From NCBI GenBank assembly GCA_035221665.1, contig CM069135.1, forward strand, positions 86,118,001 to 86,182,000: 64,000 bases of DNA, read 5' to 3'. The stretch's first letter is position 1. Each line of letters starts with the position of its first letter. Positions 36,592 to 49,437 of the stretch are shown piece after piece. The position numbers were made by a program, and so were the translations under genes. Below the pieces are notes generated by a model. It saw nothing but the letters and a program-made list of their open reading frames with translations, was not told the origin of the DNA and did not search any database. This stretch comes from Okamejei kenojei (taxonomy: Eukaryota).

Positions 36592-38153
36592 AAGGTAACA
36601 GCAGCGCATTTGGAAAGCAGTGATGGGATTGGTCAAAGTCAGCAAGGTTTTATGAAGGGAAATCATGCTTGATAAATATTTTGCAATTTTTTGAGGATGT
36701 AACAAGTAGAATGGATAAAGGGCCTGTCCCACTTTCACGACCTAATTCATGACCTCTGCCGAGTTTGCCCTTGACTCATACTCGTAGCATGGTCGTCACG
36801 AGGTCGTAGGTAGGTCGTAACAGGCCGTGATGCTAGTCGTAGGTACTCGTGGCATCAAGTAGGTCGGGGCGTTTTTCTAGCAAGGTGAAAAATGTCCACG
36901 AGTAAAAAAGGTTGTGAATTAGGACACATTATATACCGAATGGATGTGCTGTATCTGGACCTTCAAAAAGCCTTTGACACGGTCCCACACAAGTGTGCAA
37001 AATTAGCGCACATGGTATTGGGGGTAGGGTATTGACATCGATAGAGAACTGGTTGGCAGACAGGAAGCAAAGAGTGGGAATTAACAGGTCCTTTTCAGAA
37101 TGGCAGGCAGTGTTTAGTGGGGTGCCGCAAGGCTTGGTGCTGGAACCCCAGTTGCTTTAAAATATATGTTTAATGATTTAGACGAGGGAATTATATGTAA
37201 CATCTCTAAGTTTGCGGATGACACAAAGCCGGGTGTCAGTGTGAGCTGTGAGAAGGATGCTATGAGGCTGCAGGGTGACTTGGACAGGTTGGGTGAGTGG
37301 GTAGAAGCATGGCAGATGCAGTATAATGTGGATAAATGTGAGATTATCCACTTTGGTGGCAAGAACAGGAAGGCAGATTATTATCTGAATGGTGTCAGAT
37401 TAGGAGGTGCAATGAGACCTGGGTGTGCTTGTATATCAGTCACTGAAAGTAGGCATGCAGGTACAGCAGGCAGTGAAGAAATACCTTTATTGCGGGAGGA
37501 TTTGAGTTTAGAGCAAGGAGATCCTACTGCAGTTGCACAGGGCCCTGGTGAGACCGCACCTGGAGTATTGTGTGCAATTTTGGTCTTCTAATTTGAGGAA
37601 GGACATTATTGCTTTTGAAGGAGTGCAGCATTGGTTTACCAGGTTGATTCCTGGGATGGCAAGACTGATGTATGATGAAAGAATGGATCAAATGGGCTTG
37701 TATACTGGAATTTAGAAGGATGAGAGGATATCTTATAGAAATATATAAGATTATATAGGATTAGAGAATATAATATATAGAAATATATAGGGTTAGAGAG
37801 GGTAGATGCAGGAAAAATGTTCCCAATGTTGGGGGTGTCCAGAACCAGGTGGTCACAGTTTAAGAATAAAGGGTAGGCCATTTAGGACTGAGATGAGGAA
37901 ACACTTCTTTACCCAGAGAGTTGTGAATCTATGGAATTCTTTGCTACAGAAGGTAGTAGAGGCCAATTCACTGGATGTCTTCAAGAGAGTGTTAGATTTA
38001 GCTCTTAGGGCTAAGAGAATCAAGGGATATGGGGAAAAAGCCGGAACGGTGTACTGATTTTGGATGATCAGCCATGATCACATTGAATGGCGGTGCTGGC
38101 TCGAAGGGGTGAATGGCCTGCTCCTCCACCTATTTTCTATGTTTCTATGTTTC
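36592..38153 (+). mobile_element. CR1 LINE, 5'-truncated, frameshifted, interrupted by a MITE
   Basis: GFMKGKSCL, ISKFADDTK, VRPHLEYCVQFW, RVVNLWNSL; TTTCTATGTTTCTATG tail. Confidence 0.93.
36719..36923. mobile_element. PIF/Harbinger-type MITE, right TIR truncated
   Basis: TAA|AGGGCCTGTCCCACTTTCACGACCTAATTCA; partial right TIR GTGAATTAGG. Confidence 0.75.
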
Positions 38154-38394
38154 AGTAACAAGCCTATACATCCCTTCTCTAAGTTCATTGCTGATTTGCC
38201 CCTAAATGCTTTTACCCCATATGTCTTGCTATGGTTGAATGCTCCACTTGGCTCAGTATGCTCAGATATTTGAGAGGAGTTCATCTTCGATTTGTGCTAA
38301 ATCTTTGTCTGAAAAAGTGCTTTTAAATTTTGACTCTGAATGAGCTAACTCCAGTCTTAAGCTTATATCCCCAGGAGAGAGGAAAAATAAAATT

Positions 38395-38784
38395 AAAATT
38401 GAATACGACTGCAATACAAAGATGAGGTACAGAGCAATAATAATTGCTTTCAGAGCGCACCTAGAGTACTGTATAAAGCCCGTCTAGAGAACTGTGTAAA
38501 ACATTTAAATGGTTTGAGTTAGAAAAAGGATAAACTATTGTTTCTCTTCAGTTCAGTTAAGTCAGATCACCCGTAATGTTCTGTACACAGGGGATTGCAA
38601 GCTAATTTATGCAACATGTCATTATAATTGAACTTATTAACCCTTGCTATAATTAAGGTAAATCTGCAGTGGTACCCTCTTCCTGTGGTGTTACCCAGAG
38701 CTTTGCACAGTACTCTAGGTGGGCTCTAAAAGCAATTACTATTGCTCTGTGCCTCATCTTTGTATTGCAGTTGAATTCAATTTT
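38395..38784. repeat. 85-bp inverted repeat (38395-38479 / 38700-38784) with 220-bp spacer
   Basis: 8 mismatches in 85 bp by manual comparison. Confidence 0.9.
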
Positions 38785-39485
38785 CTTGGGCTGTATATAT
38801 GTTACTGCAATTTGCAACGCCATGCAAATTGCAGTGATGTCAGCAATGGTTGCAAAAATTGGCCAGAGCCTGCAACGAAAATACAAAATGTATCACAAAC
38901 TCATCTCATTGGGAACTCAACGTATCTCAGTTCTTTTGATTTTGGCGAATGCGCACAGCAAGCCAGGTGAGAAACAGGGCGAAGACAGGATGAAATTTAT
39001 GACCGTTGAGTATAAGCCCCACTGACCATTAATCTAGGTAATGTTGTAATGAAATACTGTATGGAATCAAAACACGGCAGAACTTCATTTCCATTGTCAC
39101 TCTCTCACAGTTCTTTACAGGAAATGAAACACGTAAAATACGATGACTACTTCAACCCGATCAAATCTCCACAACATAAGCCTCCTTTCAAACGCACAAC
39201 ATGTGTTTAGAAGCAAAGTACGCATGCGTGTTCATGTACACAGAGGGCAAAGAATTAGTCACATCTGAAAGACATATACACTGGGTTATGTTCTTGAAGT
39301 CAAGATTGATTGCACACTGGTTATTTACAGGTCAAAAGATAAAGTTTTACAGCTTCCTGAAAATAATTGGAATCTTTTAGTGATGGGAGGCTCATTCAAG
39401 TATGTATTGCTGCCTTAGAGTGCGATCAGGAAGGTAACTGGTAGGCGCTCATCCATTTCTAGCCAAGCCAATATCACTGAAAGAA

Positions 39486-39640
39486 TGTGTAAGATGGAAC
39501 CGCAAATGCTGGTTTAAACCAAAGATAGACACAAAAAGCTGGAGTCATTGAAGAAGGGTCTCGACCCGAAACATCACCCATTCCTTCTCTCCAGAGATGC
39601 TGCCTGTCCCACTGAGTTACTCCTGCTTTTGCTGTCTATC
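39486..39640. mobile_element. PLE terminal-repeat fold-back with internal deletion
   Basis: GATAGACACAAAAAGCTGGAGT … GAAGAAGGGTCTCGACCCGAAACATC … ACTCCTGCTTTTGCTGTCTATC. Confidence 0.8.
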
Positions 39641-39699
39641 CACTGAAAGAAAGTCCGTCCTCAATCTGCACAGGCCCATTGCCCAATACAGCTTATTTT

Positions 39700-40100
39700 T
39701 CAGGCAACTGAATAGAATTGTAAAACAGACACAAAGCAACGTAATAAGGTTAATTAGAGGCCATAAGAGCTTATTAAAGGATTAAAATTATTCACTGATG
39801 CGTAGTGCTTGGCCTCCCTTGCTCAGCATTCTCAAGATCATCACAAAACAACTCAAATAATTTCATGACAGCCTGATTAATGAACACATCAATGTAATCC
39901 CATTCACATGATACAACACCCTTAGCAAATTGATTGAGGTGGTAAACTGTTACAACCACCAAAATAAGATGCATGATCACAAGCTGATTGTCTCAACGCA
40001 ATATTACAATGATGCAATATTAAAACTGATGCAGTCAGATATTGGTGTAAATGCGAGGTGATATAGTGCCATTCAAATCAAATTTACATCATAGATCACC
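39700..40100. promoter_or_regulatory. Candidate conserved non-coding enhancer
   Basis: Meis TGACAG 39866-39871 next to Pbx-Hox TGATTAAT 39874-39881; many TAAT cores; repeat-free. Confidence 0.4.
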
Positions 40101-41425
40101 AGCTCCAGTTCACACAGTATATTGCCTTCATGGTTGGATTTGCACAGTATAATATCACCATAATTAGAATTGCACAGTTTTGTTACCACAATAACTTCCA
40201 CAGTGTACTGGCACTACATCCACTTCACACCATGTAAAAACATCAAGTCACATGCGGTCCAATGTCACAGCACTTTAACAATGCCATACAATGCAACCGT
40301 GTCCAATGTTGGGGAAAACGCCATTGAAGTTTTCGTCACAACATTTTTTAGGTGATCTTTGCATACTGCCGCATGTTTGGTCAGCTGTACGTTTGCATGT
40401 ATCCATCATTCGAGAAGCGTTTTGTTCTTCATTATCTACAAACCTTGTAAAGTGTGTGTACTTCTCCAGCCACAGCGCACAGCAACATGGTTCCTCATAA
40501 CAACCCATCGTTGGGCTCGGATGACTTTGAAAAATTATTCAAGGTTGTTCATTCAGAGTATGGTGACATGTGAACAGCTTGACGCTTTGCAGCTTTGTTG
40601 CAGTCTCTGGCTATGTGTTGAACTGGACATAATGGATCTAGTCCCCCTTCATAAAAAAATCATGGAGCAATTCACTTACTGTCAGGTGGGCAGCAGTTGT
40701 CAAAGGGGGATTCCACTGATTCATTTGGGAAAAACCATGAGTCTCAAGCTTTAAAGATATTTTAATTTCTCATTAAACTTATATGAGAAATCCAAGCACT
40801 TAAAATTTTGGTCTGGAATTTCACATTTTTTGGTGGAATTCTTTGGCTAAATATGCTGACATTAAAATGAATGGTAAATTGAGTTTCACGTTTCACCCAT
40901 AAACATGGAGAGGTCTATTCTTAGATTTCTAGAAAAGTAAACAGGCCTTTTGCACAATACAGACCTTGTTTTGAAATTTGCAATTAGGGATTTCAATTCT
41001 CAAAAAATGTTCACTGCGGGGAAGATGGAGGGTGGTTAACGGTTCCAAAGTATGAGTTGATTAAAATGTTGCACCATCGTTGCAAGGCCACCAGAAATCA
41101 GTTCCATTTGCTCCATTACATCTTCAGAGAAACCAAACCAAAAATGGACAACGCACTTTTTAAGGACTGTCATCTTACAGGATACTTCCTGCATATCACC
41201 TACATTCACATTTTTATACCAGGTCCATCAAAGTGATTGTGAGGAAACTACCTCAAATTTCCTTAGGAATTCCACCCAAAAATTGGAGATCAAATTATTT
41301 CTTGGGTCTGGGCCTTTTTTTGTTCTGATTGAACAGCATTCTACACTGCTTCTCCCCTGCTTAAGGGAAGGTAGGAGATAAGCAAGCTACTTTCTCCTGT
41401 AACTACAAAATCTTCCCAAGGTTAC

Positions 41426-41545
41426 AGTTTAGTTTATTGTCACGTGTACCGAGGTACAGTGAAAAGCTTTTGTTGAATGCTTCCCAGTCAGCAGAAAGAC
41501 AATATATGATTCCAATCGAACCATTCACAGTGCATGATACATACC
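41426..41545 (-). mobile_element. Rex1-family 3' UTR fragment
   Basis: GTTTATTGTCACGTGTACCGAGGTACAGTGAAAAGCTTT. Confidence 0.75.
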
Positions 41546-42639
41546 TAGGCTTTCCCCTGAGCTAGTTAACCATCTGATCACTGTTTAATAACCACTGGAT
41601 AGGCAGCTCTCTGCCTTATACTACACTGGGGAACATTTGTTCCTAGTTGAACCAGAGACTTGTCAGTTCACAGATTCCAAATGGATCCATATCAAACTCA
41701 GTGGGACTGTGGGATGAACTCCGCATGTGTAGAACCAGTGTGACAGTGAAGTGAACTCTGGGTCACTTGCCAGAATCTAAAAAAACCCCAGTAATCCTCA
41801 TAAATTACTGAGGCTTCAAGTTTAAATTTCCAGGAAGGCCTACCAGTGGGCTAGGAAAGTGCGGTGGTTGTGTTGGAAGTAAAATTGGACCACGTTGTTT
41901 TACACATGACTAATTCTTTCCCATCACATTGCCATCATTGTGGGTTATGCTTAAATTATCAGCTACATCTTACAGAGCTCAAGTACACTGGATTGAATTC
42001 CAAGCCTGTCTACAGTCTACCGTGTACTACTGTGACTTGGCACTGTGAGAAAAGGATTTCAATAGAGAATTGGTCAGGGTTACTGCTATTGATTGCTGTC
42101 TGGATATTTCTGTGTCCAGTGGTTGGATTAAACATTAAAATGGTCTTTGCTGCAATCTTCATCTCCTTGATTGCTAATATCCGCTGTCAAGTGTCTTATG
42201 TTGCAATAGCGGCTTGGTTTAGTTACTGCAAATTGACACTGCCTGTTCTCATCATTTACAACCCAAATTGGGTCACACCTATCAGGTCCGTATCCATATG
42301 GCAGAAGTTACTGGTTGAAGCAGTCCTGGAGACAAGCAATGGCGCCTGGAGAGACTTAATAAGTAACAAATATGGGACAGAGCAATTACTTTTAAAATCC
42401 ACCTTGCACCTACTTTGTTGTCTGGTAAGGCTATCAAAGTTTTCCAATGCTTCTAAATATCCCTAACATTCAGAAATGTTGAAAATATTTAAAATGAAAC
42501 AATTTTTTAAAAGATAAGTAGGGGAAGTCAGTACCTATGATGGCTGGTGCAGTGTTAATATTTCCTTTGCTGATTTTAATTATTTATATTTTTTAAGGCT
42601 GTAGGTGATTTTGTTACTTATTTACTTATCTTTTGTTTC

Positions 42640-42772
42640 AGAAAGAACTTCAGATGCTGGTTTAAACCGAAGATATACAATAAAAGCTGAAGTAACTCAG
42701 CGGGACAGGCAGCATCTCTGGAGAGATGCTGCCTGTCCCGCTGAGTTACTCCAGCTTTTTATGTCTATCTTC
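42640..42772. mobile_element. PLE terminal-repeat fold-back lacking the hammerhead centre
   Basis: Perfect 29-bp arms 42691-42719 / 42722-42750. Confidence 0.85.
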
Positions 42773-42804
42773 AGGAACAGCTTCTTCCCAACAACCATCT
42801 AGCT

Positions 42805-45396
42805 ACATATAGAAACATAGAAAATAGGTGCAGGAGGAGGCCATTCGGCTCATCGAGCCAGCATCGCCATTCATTGTGATAATGGCTGATCGTCCGCTAT
42901 CAATAACCCGTGCCTGCCTTCTCCTCATATCCCTCGACTCCACTAGCCCCTAGAGCTCTATGCAACTCTCTCTTAAATCCATCCAGTGATTTGGCCAGTG
43001 GCAGGGCATTCCAGTGGCAGGGAATTCCATAAATTCACAACTCTCTGGGTAAAAAAGTTTTTTCTCAGTTCAGTCTCTCCTTTATTCTAAGACTGTGGCC
43101 CCTGGTTCTGGACACACCCAACATTGGAAACATTTCTCCTGCATCTAGCTTGTCCAGTCCTTTTATAATTTGATATGTTTCTATAAGATTCCCCCTCATC
43201 TTTCTAAACTCCAGTGAATACAAGCCTAGTCTTTTCAATCTTTCCTCATATGACAGTCCCGCCATCCCAGGGATCAATCTCGTTAACCTATGCTGCACTG
43301 CCTCAATCACAAGGATGTCCTTCCTCAAATTAGGAGACCAAAACTGTACACAATACTCCAGATGTGGTCTCACCAGAGCCCTATACAACTGCAGAAGAAC
43401 CTCTTTATTCCTGTACTGAAATCCTCTTGTTATGAAGGCCAACATTCCATTAGCTTTCTTGACTGCCTGCTGTGCCTGCACGCCAACTTTCAGTGACTGG
43501 TGTACAAGGACACCCAGGTCTTGCTGTACCTCCCCCTTAACTAACCTAACCCCATTGAGATAATAATCTGCCCCCTTGTTCTTGCCGCCAAAGTGGATAA
43601 CCTCACATTTATCTATATTATACTGCATCTGCCACGCATCTGCCCATTCACTCAACCTGTCCAGGTCCCCCTGCAACCTCCTAACATCATCTTCACAGAT
43701 CACACTGCCACCCAGCTTTGTGTCATCCGCAAACTTGCTAGTGTTGCTCCTAATTCCCTCTTCCAAATCATTTATATATATGGTAAACAGTTGCGGCCTT
43801 GCGGCACTCCACTCGCCTCTGCCTGCCATTCTGAAAAGGACCTGTTCACTCCTACTCTTTGCTTCTGGTCTGCCAACCAATTTTCTATCCATGTCAACAC
43901 CCTACCCCCAATACCATGTGCTCTAATTTTAGTCACCAGTCTCCCATGCGGGACCTTATCAAAGGCTTTCTGAAAGTCTAGTTACACTACATCCACTGGC
44001 ACCCCTTCATCCATTTTATTTGTCACATCCTCAAAAAATTCCAGAAGATTAGTCAAGCATGATTTCCCTTTCATAAATCCATGTTGACTTGGACTAATCC
44101 TTTTACTGTAATTCCCCGTTTTCTCTCTCGCTCCTTTCTTGAAAAGTGGGATAACATTAGCTATCCTCCAATCTACAGGAACTGATCCTGAATCTATTGA
44201 ACATTGAAAAATGATCACCAATGCGTCCACTATTTCTAGAGCCACCTCCCTAAGGACTCTGGGATGCAGACCATTAGGCCCAGGGGATTTATCATCCTTC
44301 AGTCCCATTAGCCTACCCAATACAATTTCGCGCCTAATGAAAATTTATTTCAGTTCCTCTACCCACTTAGATCTTCTGTCCTCCAGTACATCTGGGAGAT
44401 TGTATGTGTTCTTCTCAGTGAAGACGGATCCGAAGTACCTATTCAACTCTTCTGCCAATTCCTTGTTGCCCATAATAATTTCACCCGTGTCTGCCTTCAA
44501 GGGACCCACATTTGACTTTGCTACTCGTTTTCCCTTAACATATCTAAATAAGTTTTTACTGTCCTTCTTTATATTCCTGGCCAGCTTCCCCTCGTACTTC
44601 ATCTTTTCAGCCCGTATTGCCCGTTTTGCTTCCTTCTGTTGTCCTATGAAAGTTTCCCATTCCTCCGGCTTCCAGCTACTCTTTGCTGTGTTATACATCT
44701 TTTCTTTTAGTTTTATTCTATCCCTAACCTCTCTTGTCAGCCAAGGTTCCCTCCTACTACCCTTAGAATCTTTCTTCCTTTTTGGAATGAATTGATCCTG
44801 CGTCTTCCGGATTATGCCCAGAAATTCCTGCCATTGCTGTTCCACCATCATTCCTGCTAGGATCCCTTTCCAGTCTACTTTGGCCAGCTCCCATCTCATG
44901 CCTTTATAGTCCCCTTTGTTCAACTGCATCACTGCCACTTCCGATTTAACGTTCTCCTTCTCAAATTGCAGATTAAAACTAATCATATTATGATCACTAC
45001 CTCCTTTACCTCGAGTTCTCTTATCATATCTGGTTCATTGGACAACACTAAATCCAGAATTGTCTTTTCTCTGGTCGGCTCCATTACAAGCTGCTCTAAG
45101 AATCCATCTTGGAGGCATTCTACAAAATCTCTTTCTTGGGGTCCTGAACCAACGTGATTTTCCCAATCTACCTGCATATTGAAATCCCCCATCACCACAG
45201 TGGCATTACCTTTGTTACATGCCAGTTTTAACTCCTGCTGTAACTTGCACCCTACATCCGGGGGTCTGTAAATAACACCAATTAGTGTCTTCTTGCCTTT
45301 ACAATTCCTCAACTCAATCCACAGTGACTCTACCTTGTCAGTCCGTATGTCCTCCCTCGCAAGGGACTGAATTCCGTCCTTTCTATAGGATCTATA
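42805..45396 (-). mobile_element. Longest CR1 copy (APE endonuclease to 3' tail, with internal deletions)
   Basis: ORFs 44983..45402 (IGVIYRPP, MGDFN, ILDLVLSN), 44345..44986, 43982..44320 (KSPGPNGLHPRVL, QHGFMKGKSCLTNL), 43065..43892 (FADDTKLGG). Confidence 0.95.
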
Positions 45397-45544
45397 TAAC
45401 AATATGACAATAAAACACTCTTGGCTTTTAACCTATTCCGACTGTTCTTCCTCAGAATCATATAATCCCAAATCAAACAAATGGGCTACGGGTCCTGTAC
45501 TAGTTCTGATTAATGTCAGGTCCGCGAAGAGACACCCCAACAAG

Positions 45545-45990
45545 ATGGGTGTCAGGGGTTATGGGGAGAAGCAAGTCATTGGTGTCATGGGGTTAGGAGG
45601 GAGAGATAGATCAGCCATGATGGAATGAATGGCAGAGTAGACTTTAGTTTAGTTTAGTGATACAGCGCGCAAACAGGCCTTTCGGCCCACCGAGTCCGCG
45701 CTGACCAGCAATCCCCGCATATTAACACTAGGGACAATTTTTACATTTACCAAGCTAAGTTATCTACATGCCTATATGTCTTTTGAGTGTAGGAGGAAGC
45801 CAAAGATCTTGGAGAAAACCCACTCAGATCACGGGGAGAACGTACAAACCCCATACAAACAGCACCCGTAGTCAGGATCGAACCTGGGTCTCCGGCACTG
45901 CAAGCGCTGTAAAGCAGCAACTCTACTGCTGTGCCACCGTGCTGCCCATAATGGGCTGAATGGCCTTATTCTGCTCCTATCATTTATAAG
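45545..45990 (+). mobile_element. CR1 3' tail interrupted by a SINE
   Basis: …GGCAGAGTAGACT | SINE | ATGGGCTGAATGGCCTTATTCTGCTCCTATC; compare the intact tail at 63900-63987. Confidence 0.8.
45643..45947 (-). mobile_element. HE1 V-SINE, full length
   Basis: Reverse complement of complete head, V-domain and (TAAAC)n tail. Confidence 0.92.
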
Positions 45991-46810
45991 ATATGTTGAG
46001 CCGTGCGCTTACAGGCAGAGCCCAGCGACGGAGGACAAATGGGAAATCACCAGCTGAGTTCAGACGGTATTTCAGCATGGCTGCATTCACTCAGGAGTCC
46101 TATTTTCACCAACATTTACAAGGGTAAATGCTAGCGGTTCCGCATGGAATCCAGCACATTGTGGGCCATTAACAAAACACAAATAACCCTCTAATGTTTT
46201 TTCCAACATCAAAAGCTGTTTATTCTTATTGTGAAAGGCTGAAAGCAAAAAAAAAAATTCCATATGGTACAAGACGTACAAATTGGTTGCTGTTGATTTG
46301 TTTTGATTTGCACACAATTATCAGCATATTCACTGCAACAAATGAAATCAAACATTTTCATACACACACATACACACATCACTTCAAATGGCACTTAGCC
46401 AGAGCACAGATGTCTTTCTTCACCAGCTCTCAACATCTGCACAGAGCTGCAAAATGACTTTCTCGAAACAGAGCACATTTATTCAGTGCAAAGCAAATAC
46501 ACGTTGGGGTCTCACCATGAATTCCAGGACAATGAGAATGCATGCATATGCTCATGATGTAATCGCTATGTTAAGATTGGCACTAATTCAGGACATTTTC
46601 AGGGAGGATAGTACCACAGACCCATGCCCCAGTATTTATACTGTGGAACACAGATCCCATAAACCCGGCAGCAGTCCGATAGGTGCAGTTTAATGGGTTA
46701 CCTGCTGCTGGAGAAAGTAAGTGCATAAAGCAGGATTAACACTTAGAACAGTTTCATATATTATGGTCACTTTGAATCAGAATTAAACAAAAATGGTATT
46801 AGTCTAATTA

Positions 46811-47237
46811 AGTCTGATGAAGGGTCTCACCCGAAACATCACCTATTCCTTTTCTCCAGAGATGCTGCCTAACCTGCTGAGTTAAAGTCCTGTCCCACGG
46901 TACTAGTTCATTCTGAGAGTTCTCCCGAGTTTGCCCTGATTCGAACTTGGAGATTTACAGTAATGGCCACTCGTCGGTTCTCGGGGCTCTCGTGGACATT
47001 TTTCAACATGTTGAAAAATCTTCAAGAGTCTTCCCATGCTTACCTGCCATTAGCGGGTCTTCCAGAATACCTGCCGTTAGCGTTACGAGCCGCTAAGAGA
47101 TGTTCCCGAGCTCCGATGCACCCGCTACGTTCATTCTCCGTGCTTACCACGTGTTTGATTTTTTTTTTTAACTCGGGAGAACTCTTGGAATGAACTCGAA
47201 CTGTGGGTCAGGGCAATTACTCCAGCACTGTGTCTAT
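46811..47237 (+). mobile_element. PLE terminal repeat with hammerhead core (46814-46840), interrupted by a MITE
   Basis: CTGATGAAGGGTCTCACCCGAAACATC; host GAGTTA|…|TTACTCCAGC. Confidence 0.8.
46885..47216. mobile_element. PIF/Harbinger-type MITE
   Basis: About 48-bp imperfect TIRs; TTA duplication 46882-46884 / 47217-47219 confirmed by the host repeat consensus GAGTTACTCC. Confidence 0.85.
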
Positions 47238-47827
47238 CAATGTTATTAGAGCATCTACAGATAATATAGGGAGTCATTTCATAGATTGCAGTCTCCTTGA
47301 ATCAGAACTAAACAACAATGGTATTCGAGCATCTACTGCGATATAGGCATTGTTTAGCTCATGGGTATCTATGCAGATCACTCTCTTACAATAAGCATCG
47401 CACTGAACCAATTACAATTTTATTTTATTCCACTGATGGGCAAGCACAGATTGCAAACCTGCAAAATCTGCAGTACGTGACAGAGCAGCAAACACCAGGA
47501 GAATGTCTAAGTGCGGGGTTATTATCAAGGTGAAAAGAACATTGTTCCACTGCTGCACAAAATAGAAACAACTGCCCGATGTGTTACTTATCACAGAGCC
47601 ATTGAGCTCAGCAGGCGCCATTCAGTTCACCATCCCTCTGAAAGAGCAATTTCTGACTCTCCTGCTATCCCTACCCTGCAAAGTGCTGATTCACTGCAGC
47701 TCTTGGATCTGGAGTCCACTGGTGCATAACCCCACTCTGTTTTATAAAAGATGTCTGGTCAGGTCGTCCTGGGAACTTGACACATATTCCTGCTTACTGT
47801 TGGCACCTCCTTAATAACACAGTAGAA

Positions 47828-48072
47828 ACAAGGAACTGCAGATTCTGGTTTACACAAAAGGACACAGAATGCTGGAGCAGTTCAGCAAGTCAGGCAGCAT
47901 CTCTGGCGAACATGGATAGGTAACGTTTCGGGTCGGAACCCTTCTTCAATCTGAAGGGTCCCGACCCAAAATATCTATCTTGGGTTCAACCCAGCATCTG
48001 TAGTTCCTTCCTACGCATTCCCCAGAGATGGTGCCTGACCTGCTGAGTTGCTCCAGCACTTTGTGTCCTTTC
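47828..48072. mobile_element. Rearranged PLE terminal-repeat fold-back
   Basis: AAGGAACTGCAGA…ACGTTTCGGGTCGGAACCCTTCTTCA|ATCTGAAGGGTCCCGACCC…. Confidence 0.75.
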
Positions 48073-48424
48073 CTTAATCACACAGCTTGCCTTCAAAATC
48101 AGCATTCTTCAAAATCCAGCTGTGCAACCATGGAAAGAGATGGAGAGATAGCAGCTTCCATCACATCTAATAGGGGGTCATCTGTTATTCTCCAAGATAT
48201 ATACGATCTGGTGGAACAAGCGCTGCCAGACCCCATAAATGGACTGCAGTCTTACATCGCAACACTGAGTGACCACATTGTCAGCCTCACCTGCCCTCAC
48301 AGGCAGCCTCCCCACAACAAGTCATGGGCATTTCATGGCCAGATTCATGAACAGGTCTCTGGTACAGGAACAATGATAGCAAGGGCTCACATCATGTTCC
48401 CAACCCAACAGTATTGCCAGTAAC

Positions 48425-48613
48425 AGACAGCATCTCTGGAGAGAGGGAATGGGTGACGTTTCGGGTTGAGACCCTTTTTCAGAGTGAAGAAGGGTCTCGA
48501 CACGAACCTCACCCATTTCTTCTCTCCAGAGATGCTGCCTGTCCCCGTTGAGTTACGCCAGCAGTTGGTGTCTTCCTTCGATTTAAACCAGCATCTGTAG
48601 TTGTTTCCTACAC
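48425..48613. mobile_element. PLE terminal-repeat fold-back with back-to-back hammerhead motifs
   Basis: GGTGACGTTTCGGGTTGAGACCCTTTTTCAG-A-GTGAAGAAGGGTCTCGACACGAACCTCACC. Confidence 0.8.
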
Positions 48614-48790
48614 AGTATTGTCAGTAAGGCATCTCATAAGTAACTAAGTGATAGGAGCAGAATTAGGCCATTCGGCTCATCGTCTATTCCGCCATTCAAT
48701 CTTGGCTGATCTATCTTTCCCTCTCCCACTTTCTCCCCATAACCCCTGATACCCATACTAAACAATAATCCGTACTAATCGTATTCCACC

Positions 48791-49330
48791 GGGTGGAACT
48801 GTCAGCGATCTGTTTGTCTTTTTGTCTTTTTTTGTTATTTTTAGGATGTTTTAAAAAGTTTGTGTTAATGTTCTCTGGTTTGTTTTACATGGGGGTGAGG
48901 GGTCAGGGGAAACATTTTTCAATCTCTTACCTAGCCAGGGATGAGATTATTTTCCAGATCGCATCTGCGGTCGCCCTGCAGTCTAACATCATGGAGCTGG
49001 CGGCTTTGTTCGACACTGACTTTGAACCCCACCGCAGGGCTGTGGACTTAACATCGAAACCTGCGATCCCTTGCCTGGGATCGACACTCCAACCGCGGCC
49101 TGCGGATTTCGAGTAGTCGGCGGCCTCGGGTAGGAACTGATATCGGGAAGCTCCAAAGTCGCAGAAGGTTCGACCAGCCCCGTCCCGGGGTCCGATCGCC
49201 TGGCGCGAGGGAGCTGACACCCCCGATGCAGGAGCTTGATAGCCCGGATGCGGAGGGCTCGACCGCCGGCTACGGGAGCCAAGATCGCCCGTCAACGGAA
49301 GGCTTGAGGCTCCCGACCAAGGGAGAACAC
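48791..49330 (+). mobile_element. CpG-rich non-coding element (copy 3, 3'-truncated) between CR1 fragments
   Basis: T-rich leader, G-tract, TACCT.G and GCATCT motifs collinear with 11230-11440. Confidence 0.6.
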
Positions 49331-49437
49331 AATCATTCCTGGGATCAATCACATAAACCGCCTCTGGACCATCTCCAGCACATCCTTCTTCAATCCTTCC
49401 AAAATTGCTAACAATACTGCAAATGAGGTTTCACCAG

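Noticed and set aside
41864-42466. 200-aa ORF in unique sequence
   Set aside because: GTG start, no recognisable domain, composition typical of random AT-rich DNA, no splice support
48921-48948. CTTACCTAGCCAGGG resembles the U1 snRNA 5' end
   Set aside because: Short, imperfect match, weaker in the other copies, and no further U1 sequence
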